Shown here in pieces: positions 28,243 to 43,799 of a stretch of DNA of 64,000 nucleotides (within the stretch, counting starts at the first letter, position 1; the number at the start of each line of letters is the position of its first letter). Source of the DNA: the human T2T-CHM13v2.0 reference genome, Homo sapiens. The stretch is taken from the NCBI RefSeq assembly GCF_009914755.1, contig NC_060932.1. The stretch is one strand, 5' to 3'. A program made the translations under genes and the position numbers. Below the pieces are notes generated by a model. It was not told where the DNA came from, did not search any database, and worked only from the letters and a program-made list of their open reading frames with translations.

Positions 28243-28817
28243 TGTAATTAATAATTAGCTCAGCAGGCCAGTGTTGTCCAAACCCTGCACATTCCAAAGA
28301 AATGTCCAGGCTGCTGCCTGGTTCCTGGGAATTACCTCTACGCCCTTGGAATGTCCTGCCTGGTAAGAGTGTCTTTGTTTACCTGTGTTCTTGGGTCAAG
28401 CCAGGTAGTTAATGCTAACAATATGATTTATGGTGGGTGCCTTGGACACATACCTCAGTCTGACCTCCAGAGAGGATGAAGATCAGCCATGTGGGCACTC
28501 CATGCCTGTGTGACCGACTCCCAACATAAACCCTAGACACCAAGGTTCCGGTGAGCTTCCATGGTTGCAACACTTTGTGAGTATTGTCACACACCGTGAC
28601 TTGGAGAATTGAGTGCTGTCTGCACAACTTCACTGGGAGAGGACAAATGGAAGCTTGTATTGGTCTTTCCTGGACTCCTTCCTGTGCACCTTTTTCCTCT
28701 GCTGATTTTAATCTGTATCATTTTACTGTAATAAACCATTGCCATGAGCATAACAGCTTTTCTGAGTTCTGTGAGTCCTTCTGGGAAATGACTGAACATG
28801 AGGGAATCCCTGAGACA
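28243..28817 (+). mobile_element. MER77/MER21-family LTR
   Basis: gtccaaaccctgcacattccaaagaa...ctgtaataaaccattgccatgagcataacagcttttctgagttctgtgagtccttc. Confidence 0.7.
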
Positions 28818-29999
28818 ACCATGCCTTATCTGATTAGTGAGCTCAGAGATACCTGAGAGCCAATGGGCCATACTTGGGACCATTCGGGAGGAGTATGTTC
28901 AGTTAATCTAACAGATCTTCTCTCTTCTCTCTTCTCTCTCTCTCTCCCTCTCTCTCTCTCCCCTCAGCTCTCTGTTCTGCTGCTGACCGCCTGAGAGACA
29001 ATCATGATTATCCACATCATCAGCTGCACTATGCTGACTTCACTATCTTTGCAGGGAGATGTCAAAGTCCAGATCTGGCAGAGGTCATCTGAACCCCCGC
29101 TTGACTTCTGGCCTGAACCTCACTCTCCCTGCACTTCACCAGAGCTTTTCACTTTGATAATGAAGTGGCTTCATTATAAAGTGAGGTTTATTTGGCTGTT
29201 GCAAAGCTGACTCTACAGGGGAGGAAACAGGAGTAATTAAGATGTCCCTAACTTCCAACAAGACTTTATGCTCCTCTCATTGGAAGGTGTTCAGTGAGAA
29301 GTTTCAGGACCCTTAATGGCAGATCAGGATCCCTGTCCAGGTCTCTGCTGTGCCCGCCAACTGAGATAAGGGATGGGGGGTCATCCACACCCACAGGGAC
29401 ATCTGAGCCTTGGGTCCTTGCCTGGAATTTGTAGCAGGTCAGGCTTACAAAAGAGATAGGCAGCCTCTCAGATCCATCTCAAGGTGAAGCTTCTGCCCAG
29501 GTGAGCATCTCACTTTCTGAAACCAGACTTAAAAACTCACTCTTGAGGCCTGCGATTCCCCAGTCTTGGTTGCTGCTGTCTCTTCCATCTTAGGCAGCTT
29601 CTTCCCAAGGACTCATCTCTCTCTCCATCCGCACAGCTGCCTCCCACTCTCTCAGGCCAGCACATCCCCACTGCTCCTTCCCTAGAGGGTCCACCTATAG
29701 CCAGGCTACTCAGCTAAACCATTGGGGCTTCTCTGGCATTGGAAACTCAGTCAGAGGGTGTCCCAGGAGATGAGGGTGCCTCGCATCAGGGAAGCCTATA
29801 TATAGGACTCTCGGGCTGGACTGAGGCCACATTGCCAAGGAACCAACACTCAGGGCTGTCCCCATCTCCGCAACCTTTCACAAATTCCCCTGGTCTCACT
29901 GTGAGGCAAGAAAGAACGTTTCTTCCATGTTAAACAGATGGCAACTGGGAAGGCTGACCTCACCCAGTCAAGTGCTAGGAAACGGGCAAGTTAGGGATC

Positions 30000-30452
30000 T
30001 GCAATGGGTGCTGCTGTTGCTCATTTGCTCACCCCAGATCCACTTTTCACCCTTCTCTGTCCCGTTCCATGCCTGGGAGGTTAAACCCCTGGAATGTCTC
30101 CCGGGCTGGCTTGCCTGCTGGCCCGCAGTTGAACTGCCCAACTCGAGGCACTGTTAGGAAACTGGAGGGTGGGAGACATCCCTACCTCCTGGCCTTGGGC
30201 CAAGCCTTCTGACAGCGGTGTTGACCCATGACCGAGCTCCTATGTGCAATCCCTTTCTCACCATTCTACTCTCCCTGGGCTTTGAAAACCGGCATAATGG
30301 TGGTAACGACTTCCCACTGTAGTTTATCTCTGAGTCTCACAACATCCCATATTAGTTTCCTCTGCCCACAGTTTTGTCAAATGTTCCTTTGTTAAAACCT
30401 CTTGAACCTTCTGAGTTGCATTTTTTCTCTTGCTTACGCCCTGACTGATAGT
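30000..30452 (+). mobile_element. ERVL LTR33-like solo LTR
   Basis: cagatccacttttcacccttctctgtccc...ggtggtaacgacttcccactg...gccctgactgata. Confidence 0.65.
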
Positions 30453-30484
30453 CAATATTCATCCAGAACCATAAGATGACATAC

Positions 30485-30529
30485 CGGCTTGCCAGGAGGC
30501 CCTCTTTCTCCTGGATTTCCTGGTGCACC
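30485..30529 (-). CDS. COL22A1: Collagen exon, 45 bp, GAPGNPGERGPPGKP
   Basis: Acceptor tttccttcttctcttag, donor CCG|gtatgt. Confidence 0.95.
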
Positions 30530-30799
30530 CTAAGAGAAGAAGGAAATAAAACATTAACTGTGATAAGCACACGATCCTGACCCACTCTACCCACACCCTC
30601 TGCCAATCTCTCTATCTGCTAAGTGTAACTCAGTGGGGAAAAAAAATCATCAGACCATGAGGATTGGCACCAATAAAAATGCGTGGTTTCTAATCTCAGC
30701 TGAATACCCATGGCTTCCCAGGAAGAATTCGACAATGACAACCAATGTTTAGAACTACCCCCACAACTCCTGTCCTAAACACAAAACTAAAAACAACTC

Positions 30800-31154
30800 A
30801 TGCACACAGAACATGTGCATGCACGCACACACACACACACACAGACACACAGACACACATACACACATACACACATACACACACAGACACACACACAAAC
30901 ACACAGACACACACATACACAGACACACACATAAACACACACACATACACAGACACACACACAGACACACAGACACACACATAAACACAGACACACACGC
31001 ACACACACACACACACAGACACACATACACACATACACATACACAGACACACACACGCACATACACACACATATAGACACACACACACATGCACACACAC
31101 CCACATACACATACATACACACAAACATACACACACACACACACACACACACAC
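30800..31154. repeat. Compound (CA)n-rich tract, ~350 bp; UG-rich in the pre-mRNA
   Basis: Read directly from sequence. Confidence 0.95.
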
Positions 31155-32064
31155 CCTGTCTTAAACTTTCCCAGTGCTTTCCCAAACAAGTGGAAGGAAT
31201 GGCTTTGAAAACTAGAAAAATACTCCTATTAGACTGGCTATAAGAATGCTGAGAGTGGAACAGTGAAATTTGAATATTTTGAAGCAGGAATGAGACAGTA
31301 ACCTTCTCTTTGGAAACAGAACCCAAGGAAGAGAAGGACATTTTGTTGTTCCTGCTTATAATGAACTAAAACTACAGAGATGAAAAGTTGTATGTCTAAG
31401 CAATAAATACCACTGCTTACTAGTGCCAGACACCTTTGTCCTATAAGGACTCATGGTTGTCATTTACCATTTGGTCAATGAGTATGGATCAAGTACCTTC
31501 TATGTGCCTGGCACGCTGCTGGGCACCAGGGACCATGAGGATGCATAAGACACAGGGGCTCCTTCTTAGAGCTCAGAGATGGCTGAGCAAAGGCCAAACA
31601 ATGGAGACAAGAGATGACTGTCATTGTCACAAAGTGGGAAGGAACACATCCTCACAATGAGCATGACATACATCTGCGGAATTCCATGGAAAAGAGAGAG
31701 CCATTCCAGGGAAGGGTCAGGGGCAAGTCCCTGGAGAAGGCAGTGCCTGATTTGAGCAGAACTGACTGGGGTATGTAAGACATTGACCAAGAAATTAGGG
31801 AACATTGTGTGGGATACCCAGGAGTTGAACAGATCTTGAAAACTTAACACAAACATAGGAAATAAAACTGGATAATACAAAATTATGAACCACACTCAAT
31901 AGAAGAGCAAAAATAAAAAGCATGTCCATGGGGCTTCCTGGAAATCCTCAACCGGGCTACAAAGTTGGCCACATGGTCAAAGGAGGCCAGGAGATGGTGG
32001 AGGGTGGGCTTTCAGGGGTCATGTAAGGGCCTTCACTGAGTCCACGCCATTTCTCTGTACTTAC

Positions 32065-32118
32065 GTCCCGGCCGGCTGGGCCCTGGGGGCCAGGGAATCC
32101 AGGTAAGCCTCGTGATCC
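32065..32118 (-). CDS. COL22A1: Collagen exon, 54 bp, GSRGLPGFPGPQGPAGRD
   Basis: Acceptor cttttctttttcttcag, donor GAC|gtaagt; also visible in ORF 31957-32259. Confidence 0.95.
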
Positions 32119-32867
32119 CTGAAGAAAAAGAAAAGAAGACACTGACACCCTACAATATTTAAGCAAATAAGGACACACCCTCCTTGGCAATAGTTGGCTC
32201 TCCTTCAACACATGGTCTGTTGCTATGAGGAATCTGATGCAACATGTGTGCCAAAGCACCCTGCTCAGAGCTTACTCAACTGACTGTACCCTATGGAGGT
32301 ATGTGCTCGACACACAGAGAGAATGCTCTGGAAAACCTTCATTTTGAGCCTGACAACTTGGACCCCATTTGTATAGTTCCCTTGCTTGAGTGAAAGAGAC
32401 AGCTCCTGTGGTGAAATGGGCCTGAGCTCAAACCCTGGCTCACTCCTTTCATGTCCTATGGATAACCAGCCCCGAGAGCTCTAACTAGGTGGTTAAAGAA
32501 GTTTCCTTGTGCAAGACCCAACACAACACTCAGCATATGCCTGGCGATTACAACTCTTTGTAAGAAAATAATTTCTAGCTGCAATTTTCTGGACAACATC
32601 AGGAAACGGCACAGATATCTTTCATTATGGATCTCATTTCCCGTAAGATTTTTCCTTAAGTTGGTCTAAAAGTGGGAATTCCTGGCAGTTGCTGGAACTG
32701 TGCTACAGGGCTGCTCAGGAGCTGACCCTGCATCTCCTGGGCCTTCACAGACCTCCTCTCACACGACCCCTCCATCTAGAGTCCCACCTGTCTTGCCTCT
32801 ACTTTGCCATAACTTGCTCTGAAATCTCACGTCTATCAGTTCACTACGTAGTGCCTCAATTTCTTCA

Positions 32868-33131
<264 letters not shown>

Positions 33132-33753
33132 TTAAAATACGTTCACATGGCATAAGATACAATATCATCCCACTTGCTACAATGCAGCTATTTCCCCTGG
33201 GGTGAATTTATAGGAAATCGCATTTTCCCAGTAAATGCACGCACAGGCATGTCATGGATGGTTGCTGCTCCTAAGAATGAAGGCTGACTGAGAGCCCTCC
33301 TGTTGCTTCAGCATGAAGTCAGTCCACCAGGTCTCCACAGTGGCTCCCGGGTCTTGCTCTGCCCATGTTACAGATTAAGAGCAATCCCCATGTTGGCTCA
33401 CTGCTGTGTGGTTGGGATTGGTGAAACCAGGATTCAAAATTAGTTCTTCAGGCAATTTGGCTGAATTCATTAAACCATGGCCACCCTTCTGTGTTGAAAA
33501 GATGCCCAAAACTGAAGCCAGTCTGTTTGCCTGACTATAATATGGGTGTGGCATCCCTTCTCTGCTCATATGTACATCTATCACACTGTATTCCACAGGT
33601 CAGAGTTCATAGGTTGGACAGTCTGCACTGTTCAATAATAGGAGGAAATTTCAGAATCTACTTCAGTTTTTGGTTCTTCCCATTTAAAACTGCTTTGATT
33701 CGAGCAGGATTCCTCCCATAGAAACTCATCCCTTTATTTAAAGCATACTGTAC

Positions 33754-33789
33754 CGGGGATCCTTTGTCTCCTGGTGGTCCGGAAGGGCC
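33754..33789 (-). CDS. COL22A1: Collagen exon, 36 bp, GPSGPPGDKGSP
   Basis: Acceptor ttgtttgtttgtttctag, donor CCG|gtacag (weak). Confidence 0.92.
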
Positions 33790-34241
33790 CTAGAAACAAA
33801 CAAACAAGTATGTAAGCAAAGTAGAAATGGCATGCTGATGTAAACAAGCTATGGTGTTTATTCCATAGACAGGTCCTCAGTTGTCCTGGGAGGAGTCACT
33901 AACTTCCTCCCACCTTGAAGCCACACTGCCATACCCTCTTGCCACCTACCCACCCACAAACGTTGCTCATGAAAATCTCTCTGGAAGCTCCTCCATTTGC
34001 TCCTCAACTGATGCCACCCTATCATCATCCCTGCGTGGCTCCTGACACCTGGGCCCAACTCTACTTTGTAGCTCTAGTGTGAGGTTGAACCTGGCAGCCC
34101 CGACTTCCCTGTATTACACCTCCTTGGAGATGCACTGGCTCTTTCTGCTTGGGAAAGGACGGGCATGATAACGACCACATTCCCCAGCCATAGCCCTAGT
34201 GTCTGAGGCTGCAGTAGTCATGCTCCCTTCTCCAACAAGGG

Positions 34242-34250
34242 GTGCGCGCG

Positions 34251-34300
<50 letters not shown>
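34242..34300. repeat. (GC)8-(CA)21 compound microsatellite
   Basis: gtgcgcgcgcgcgcgcgcacacac...; 59 bp of perfect purine/pyrimidine alternation. Confidence 0.95.
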
Positions 34301-34302
<2 letters not shown>

Positions 34303-37289
34303 TACAGACACACAGACATGGGTCTGGCATCCTCCACTGTGCCCAGTTCTTTGCCAAGACAAAATTTGGCTTCTAGATATTATGCTTAAGATGCTGTTCA
34401 TTGATTGACTGGAAGGCATTCACATGCATTTCCAAGTCTTGCAGCGAGTGGGACCGTCCCTTGCCCCTGAGGCTTTGCGATGCTTGTGCATTTCCATGAA
34501 GACTCTGTCCTGCCTTTCTGCCTGGAAACATTCTTGTCACACTCTGGTTCTCCTTTGAGAAATCCTGCCTGTGGAGAGCCTCCTCTGGCTTCTCCCAGGG
34601 TGCTCACTGGATAGTCCCCGCCCCTGTACACACCCTGCCTAAGACTGAAAGTCCAGCATTGTTACTGCCTGTTGGTCCACTCCTCTTCACTGAATGGACT
34701 GAATGCTCCCATGAGGTGGCTGTGGAGTCTGCATTCTTACCATGCTCTCTCTAGCACTCAGCAAGTGCCCTGTGCATTGCAAGAACATAGCCGACTAGAG
34801 CACAGCAAATAGCATTTGATCAAAATGAAAAATTTAAAGCATGAGGAGAACTTGAGAATCAATGCCAATCATCCCTTCTTTTCACTGACAATCAAACTAA
34901 GGTCCAGAGGAGAGAGAGAGAGACCTGCCCTAGCAACGCCAGGAGTCACTGGCCAGGGTGAGGTTAGTCCCACATCCTGCCCTCAGTCCAGTGCGCTCTG
35001 CATCTCCCTGTAGCACAGCCCACGAGAATGTCCCTAAGGCATTCCCGAGAGAGCAAAATGATTTCACACCAACGCCAAGGTTCCTGCAGTATAGTGTCAG
35101 GGGTAACCTAAAAGCCTACTCATTAAATATGCCCCAGAGCTGTCTAATAATAAAATAGAATAAGCATCATTTTAAGTGTGTATTTGGGCACTAGAGAAAG
35201 TAGAGAAAATCTCCAGAGGTCTAGAGAAAGAGACAACTGAGAAGCAGTGCCCTAAATCTACACAGACCTGCCCTGGAGGGGAGCAGGACTCTGATAGCTG
35301 TGCAGAGACAGGAAGCGAGGCTGGAAGCCCTTTTGATCAGTAAGTTGAAACTCAGAACAGTAAGTAAAGGCAATCCTTCAGTAGGTTATAGCAGGGGTCC
35401 ACAGGCTTTTTCTGTAAAGGGACAGATAGTAAAGTGAAGGGGTAGAGAAGAAAATGATGTCAAGGAAGCTCACCCATCTTTGTCTGGGATGCAGGTGTAT
35501 GATGAAGGAAGCCTCCTCTGAGAACTCACCCTCAGGGCCCTGCCCTTACAGGCATCTGGTAGCTCTAAGTCAGAAGTCCTGCAGAACTTCAGCTCAAAGG
35601 CAATGTGCCTACACACAAGTCAACTTCTGGGCACCCAGAAAGAAAATCCCCTAGGAGCATACAGAGCAGCTAAAGGATCTTCACAGATAGATTCCCAAAG
35701 GACACAAAACTGCAATCTCAAATTACAAAGCTGTTCACCACAAGGACATAACAAGTGGTAGAACTGAGTTTCCACGAACTTTGGAGGATGGGGTGGTCAG
35801 ATACAGGCAACAAAAAAGGTCTATTAAAATGATTACATATAGAAAAAAAAAGAAAGAAAACAGAGAAAATAACATGGCATTATCCAGAAAGATCTGGCAG
35901 GTATCAAAAGAGCCAGAGTACATTTTTAGAAATAGAAATGTAGAGTCATTAAAATAAATGTAATAACCAGGTTAATTTGAAACTAATATAAAATAGGAAT
36001 TTCCCAGAATAATTGTCTTTAAGAATCATGGCAAATGTTATTTCCTGAAGAACCTATGCAGAGTGGCAACTGAACTAAAAAATATATATATATAATTCTT
36101 AAGACACACAATGATCATGACTAACAGTGGCAAGTCACAACAAATTTCTGAAATTATTCTTTTTTTCCTCTTGACCAAATGAATGATAAATCACCAGAAT
36201 ATAGCACATTTGCTTCTCTCTTCCTCTTGAAATCTCTCATCATTTGTCAGAATTCTATCTCATTCCAGAAATGACTGAAAGAGTCATACAGACACATAGG
36301 GAGGTCTGGCTAGGGAAACAGAGATGAATGAATAACTCACACCTGCATAAACAAAGGGGACTTCCAGCTATTGGTCTATATGCCAGGAGTGGTCCTATCT
36401 GCTCCATACATGGATCATCTCTCACTTTAACCCCAATCAGAGGCCTACAAATTGGTATTATCAACATTTCATTGCTATAGATGGAGAAACTAAAGCTAAA
36501 AACCATTAAATAGCTTGGCTAAGGAGAAGCAGAAAAAATAATGGACTCAGAATTCCAACTCTGGTCTCTTTGACTCAGAAGCCAGTGCTCCCTTCATTCT
36601 ACCTCACTGCTTCTGTCAAGGTGTAGGTCAGTGGTGCACATGGACCACCATACCTGCATCTGAACTGTGTTCCTTTCACAGTAGTTCCCAGGGAGGATGG
36701 ACATGTATTCCTTAAGGAAAGGGCATGAGGGATGGTTTGTTATGGCCTGGGAAATGTCACATCATTTGAGAGTCACCCTTTGTTTTCAAGTTAAATCCCA
36801 GGATCCACTTTGAGCATTTAACTTGTTTACCATACGAGGCTCCAGGTTATTTTCTTATGTCATTTAACAGAAAATCCACTTTGAAGGATGCGTTTTTAAA
36901 TTAAAGGTCTTCATTTCAAATCTTAGCTTATCAATCATCAGCTGTTTGACCTTAAGCAAGTTACTTAGACAGCTTCTCTGACCTTCACTTTTCTCAATTG
37001 TAATACAAATCTAGAGTATCACCTTGCCTTGTGTTATCAGAAATAAAAGAAGATACTATAAGTAGAGGAGCAGGCAGTGCCCAACCATAAAAGGAGTTCC
37101 CATGTCTATTCTGTCAGTCTACTTTTAAGAAAGATAAAGGTGTGCTGAAGAAGGGGATTATACAATGACTTTCTAATGTCATTCCTATATCTGAAGCTCA
37201 AATATGTTTTCAACAATTACAACCCTCTTCTCTGAAATTACGGCCTCTGATGCGTTTGTTCAAGAGTCATTTTACCCTAATACCCAGAT

Positions 37290-38430
37290 TTGGGCCTTTG
37301 ATACCAGTTTCTACTAAGAGAAACTATTATGACTTCTTGAAGAAATGACTGATCAGAGACCTGGACAAAAAATGTACACGACAAACCTAGAGAGAGAGCA
37401 AGGAGACCATCAAAGATTGCTAGGTTTGTGTCAAAGGTAATCAGAATCGACTTAAATAGACTCCCATTGGCAGAAGACAAGACAAAATGAGCATAAAAAG
37501 GAAGACAAGCTGCAATAATTTAAAACACATCAAATGTGTTTATATCCCCGAGTTCAAAATTATTCTTAGAACAAACAGCAACAATAAGCATCTAATTGGT
37601 CCTTTTTGCAAGATGCTAGGGAACCAAGTCATTATTTGAAAACAAGGGAAAGACTTCAAGCATTTATATTCTGCCTTCCATATGTCTTGTACCACTAGGT
37701 ATCCAAAGGGTACTTTAGGGAACTTTTCTCTGTATAGAACTATTCCAGCTAATAAAGAAAGAATGAATAGAACTAGAACAGCGCCAGTCTGCAACCCTTG
37801 ATGTACTAATTGGTACGAGCATTAGACATCACAGGGTGAATGCATCACAAAGAGGCTCCACCAGACATCATGTGCCTCCTGCTGGATGAACACCCCACCT
37901 GTGAAGTCTTGCCAACAATATCAAGCCAGAATCAGATCAAGCCTCTAGGTCTGAGTACCAACTTAGCTGAACCACAGAGACAGAGGAACACATTGAGCTA
38001 TTACATTAACAAATGCCAGATGGTGGAAAATTCTATCAGACTAAAAAAAAAAAATTTTGAAACATCCAACCAATCGCTATATGTTTATTTGGATCTTAAA
38101 GAAACAAACAAAAAACACAGAAGCGTGACATGTATGAAATAATTAGAAATTTTAACACTGACTAGATATTTGATGGTGTTATGGATTTTTAAGGGGTATA
38201 TTATAAGATTGTGGTTCTGTTTTTTAAAATTCTTATCTTTTAGAAACATATACTGAAATATCTACAGACAAAATGTGTCTGGAATTTGCTTCAAAATAAT
38301 GGAAGGTAGCAGATAAGAGGAAAACCATGGTCATTGGCTGTGGGATCCTGGCACTAGTTGTGGCTATATGGGTGTTTATTTTACTATTCTACCTACTTTT
38401 AGTATATTTGAATTTCTCCATAATAAAAAT
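37290..38430 (+). mobile_element. Old L1 (L1MC-like) 3' region
   Basis: aaatagactcccattggc...ctgcaataatttaaaacacatcaaatg; ends ctattctacctacttttagtatatttgaatttctccataataaaaa; boundaries approximate. Confidence 0.65.
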
Positions 38431-38919
38431 TTATATATACACACACACACACACATGCACATATATATCACACATATGAATACACTTACATCTGATACAC
38501 ATGCACAGCCATGCTATTGGTGTTTTCTGACAACTATAGTAAAGTTTTATAAAACTGAAAGCCGCATATGGCTTTAGATATGTGAAACACATTCTCTTCT
38601 TTCTCTGCTGTCAGGCTGTTCTAAAAACCAGCTTCCCTTCTCTCAGAATTGATCACCTCTTTGTTCCCCCTACCATAGGCACAGATCTGAAAATAAAGTG
38701 AACTTTTATTCTCCATAATCTTTGATCTGAGTACCTCACATGTGCGCAGGCCTAGTGCTGTGTGCTGGGGTGGGTGGCCAAGTGGCTGCATGGCATGGAG
38801 CCCACTTATGTGAAGCACTCCAGGTGAGAGGAAAATCTCTGTTGTAATGATTGATCAGGTTCAGTGAGTCAGGGTTACGGGATGCCTAGAGCTACTGGCA
38901 TCAGCCCGAGAGAGTTTGA

Positions 38920-40229
<1,310 letters not shown>

Positions 40230-40721
40230 ATTCTGAGACTTTATATAAAAACCAACTCCTGGTTATACGTGGCTCAGCTCCTGGTTATACATGAAGCAAT
40301 ACAGGAGCCCTGGAGTCTGGAAGGTGGTGTGTGGCTTTACACCTTCCTCAGCCTCCTCCTTCACTACCCACAGGACGCAGCTCTGTGCACTGGGCAGGGC
40401 AAGAGTGGATCTCAGTGAATCAAGCCCTGCACATTCCTTGAGCATCGGCCATGGGGGCAAGGCCGGGAGCTGGGGCCTGGGGTAACCATGGACAAATGCC
40501 CAGTGTTCCCAAGTAGCATCCAGACAAGATGGGGGTACTCACACCTAACAGAATCTAGCCAGCCTAATTCTTGGGACAGCGTCAGTGGCTTTGGTTCTTA
40601 TGATCAAAGGAACTGGACTAAAGCAGGCAGATAAGACATGAATTAAAGAAAAAAAACCACACAGGCTGGACATGGAAGTCAATCGTGCAGGAGCAATCAT
40701 GCACATAAAAAGCCACCGGTA

Positions 40722-41032
40722 GGCTGGGCACGGTGGCTCACGTTTGTAATTCCAACACTTTGGGATGCCAAGGCAAGTGGATGGCTTGGGCTCAGGAGTT
40801 TGAGACCAGTCTGGGCAACAGGTCAAAACCTCATCTCTATAAAAAAACACAAAAATTAGCCAGGCATGGTGGCTCGCACCTGTAGTCCCAACTACTCAGG
40901 AGGCTGAGGTGGGAGGATCACTTGAGCCCAGGAGGTTAAGGCTGCAGTGAGCCATGATCACGCCACTGCACTCCAGCTTGGGGGACAGAGCGAGACCTTG
41001 TCTCAAAAAAAAAAAAAAAAAAAAAAAAAAAA
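40722..41032 (+). mobile_element. AluJ
   Basis: Full Alu; TSD aaaagccaccggt/aaaagccactggt. Confidence 0.95.
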
Positions 41033-41080
41033 GCCACTGGTGAGTGTGAAGGCTAAAGTGAACACGAACTTTTGTTACCA

Positions 41081-42127
41081 CAGTTGACCCCTGAGCAACA
41101 TGGGCTTGAACTGTGTAGGTCCACTTCAATGCAGATTGTTTTCAGTAAATACAGTGGAAAATATTTTGGAGATTTTCAACAATTTTTAAAAACTGCCAAA
41201 TGACCCAGTGGCCTAGAAATACTGAAAAATTAAGAAAAAGTAAGGTATGTCATGAATGCATAAAATATAGAGAGATACTAGTCTGTTGTATCATTTAGTA
41301 TCATAAAATATACACAAATCTATAATAAAAAGTTACAATTTGTTAAAATGTGTGCACACAAACACAGACCATACATGGCACCGTGGCTGTTGAGAGAAAT
41401 GTAAAGAAACATACATGCAGCATTAAGTCATAACTGCATAAAATTAATGGTAGCCAGACCGTAGTACTATAATAATTTCATGGCCACCTCCTGTTGCGAT
41501 TGTGGTGAGCTCAAGTGTTGTGAGTATCTGCTTAAATGCTGTGTGATTCTAATCATCTCTGCGTGAGCAGTCTGTCTCTCCAGTAAATTGTGTTGCCAAA
41601 GTAGAAAGCGTTCTCTCGCAGATCTTGCATTTTTTTCTTTGTCGTGTTTATTGCAATACTGTAAACACTGAATAACACCAGAAAACCCACATGAAGCACT
41701 ACAAGTGATGCTGGAGGTTCTTCCACGGAGCAGAGAAAAGTCGTCATATTACAAGAAAAAGCTGAATGGCTTGATGTGTACCTTACACTGAGGTCTGCAG
41801 CTGTGGCTGCAGCCATTTCCAATGGACTATTCTTACAAGCAAACAACACAAACTTACGGTATTGATAAATACTGTACAGTACTATAAATGTATTTTCTCT
41901 TCCTTATGATTTTTTTCATAACTTTTTTCTCTAGCCTGCTTTGTTGTAAGAATATAGTATATAATACATATAACATACAAAACATGTGTTACTTGACTGT
42001 ATTATCAGTAAGGCTTCCAGTCTACAGTAGGCTATTAGTTAAATACTGGGATAGTCAAAAGTTATACTCAAATTTTCAATTGTGCAGGGTCAGCACCCCA
42101 ACTGTCACATTATTCAGGGGCCAACTG
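41081..42127. mobile_element. Tigger2-family non-autonomous DNA transposon (Tigger2b-like), 1047 bp
   Basis: TIRs cagttgacccctga / tcaggggccaactg; TA follows the right end (left flank reads CA). Confidence 0.85.
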
Positions 42128-43257
42128 TATGGTACCCCTGCTGGAAGAGTGGTTAAGGGCATTTGCTTGGAGTTAGAATGCTGGGGTTCCTGTCCTAGCT
42201 CTACCATGTCCTAACGGTGACTTCAGGGAAGTGGCTTCATATCTCTGTTTCCTCACTTGTAAAATGAAAAGAAAAGTGGAATCCACCTGCTAGAGTTTCT
42301 GGGAGAAACAAATGAGAGACTATCTGTGAGATAAATGAGAGGTAGACATGGAGGCCTTTGCTCACTCTTGTCCCTGCAAGTAGGCACTTTATGTTGGCTG
42401 TGGTTGCCATTACTCTAATATTTCAGTGGCTGTTATCTTTATTATTAATATATTATTCCTTGGAAGGTGGGGGGATGAAAAAAAAACTGTTCTGTTAGGG
42501 CACTTGAGATATTTGTTTGCACATAACGGGGCCATGCTTCCTGCCTCTCTTAGGCTAGAAGGCCCACTGGAGGGCAGGGAGCCTGGGAATTCTGTCCCTT
42601 TTGTATGTGCGTCCTCAATGCCTGGACCAACTGATGTAAGGCATCAGTACAACTAATTCCAGGGAGGGACAGTGAGAGGCTCAAAAAGGGACGTCATTTC
42701 AGGCTGCAAAGTCTGAGAAAGACATCAGGCAAACAGGATTGCTATGACATCACTGGGGCAAAGGCAGGGAAGCAGGTATTATCACCAGTATTATCATGTT
42801 GTATTCCTCCCAATTTCCTTGATGCTGCTGCAGAAATTGCTGGCACCTGATCCATCAGGAAACTGAGGGCCCGAGTAGGAAGGAGCAAGTCCTGGGTTAC
42901 ATGTGGGACCTTATCTTCACAAACCCCAGCTCCTTCAGTCAAACTAATTTGGACTTTAATCTGTCCCAGGGCCTAAGGAGGCTCATTTTGTAAGCAACTT
43001 AAACATTGCTAAGGGAACATCAGAGGCAACCTAAAGATTAAAGGGATTTTTGTTTGTTTGTTAATATCTTGAAGCAGCAAGCCAAAACCCCAAACAATGG
43101 CCTCATTCATCCCCCTGCCTGGTGACAGTGCAGAGATTGGCAGACAGAGCTCCTGGCTCCCTTCCAGGGAGTCAGTGCTGCCCTGGATGCCAAAGGCATG
43201 GGAGCATGACATCACGGGAGGAAGGAAGCAAAGAGTAACTTACTTACAGCCGATCTA

Positions 43258-43607
<350 letters not shown>

Positions 43608-43799
43608 TAATGGAAATGAATAAATCCTGCCCATCCTGCCGAAGCCACAAAGCGAGGTGTTGCAGGGGGAAAAGGACTGGTTTCAGAGGTTGTGGGAAGC
43701 GGGTCTGTATCCTGGCCCTGCCCTGGGCTGGCTGTGTAGCATTGGCCACATCATGTCACCTTCTGAACCTCACATTGTCTACCTGGAAAACAGTGATGT

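Noticed and set aside
29755-29785. GVPGDEGAS triplets in a plus-strand ORF
   Set aside because: Wrong strand for the gene, only three triplets, and no exon boundaries.
30745-31341. Cys/Val- and His/Thr-rich ORFs
   Set aside because: Translations of the (CA)n tract.
41081-42127. Possible transposase gene in the Tigger element
   Set aside because: It is a 1-kb internally deleted copy with no long ORF, so non-autonomous.
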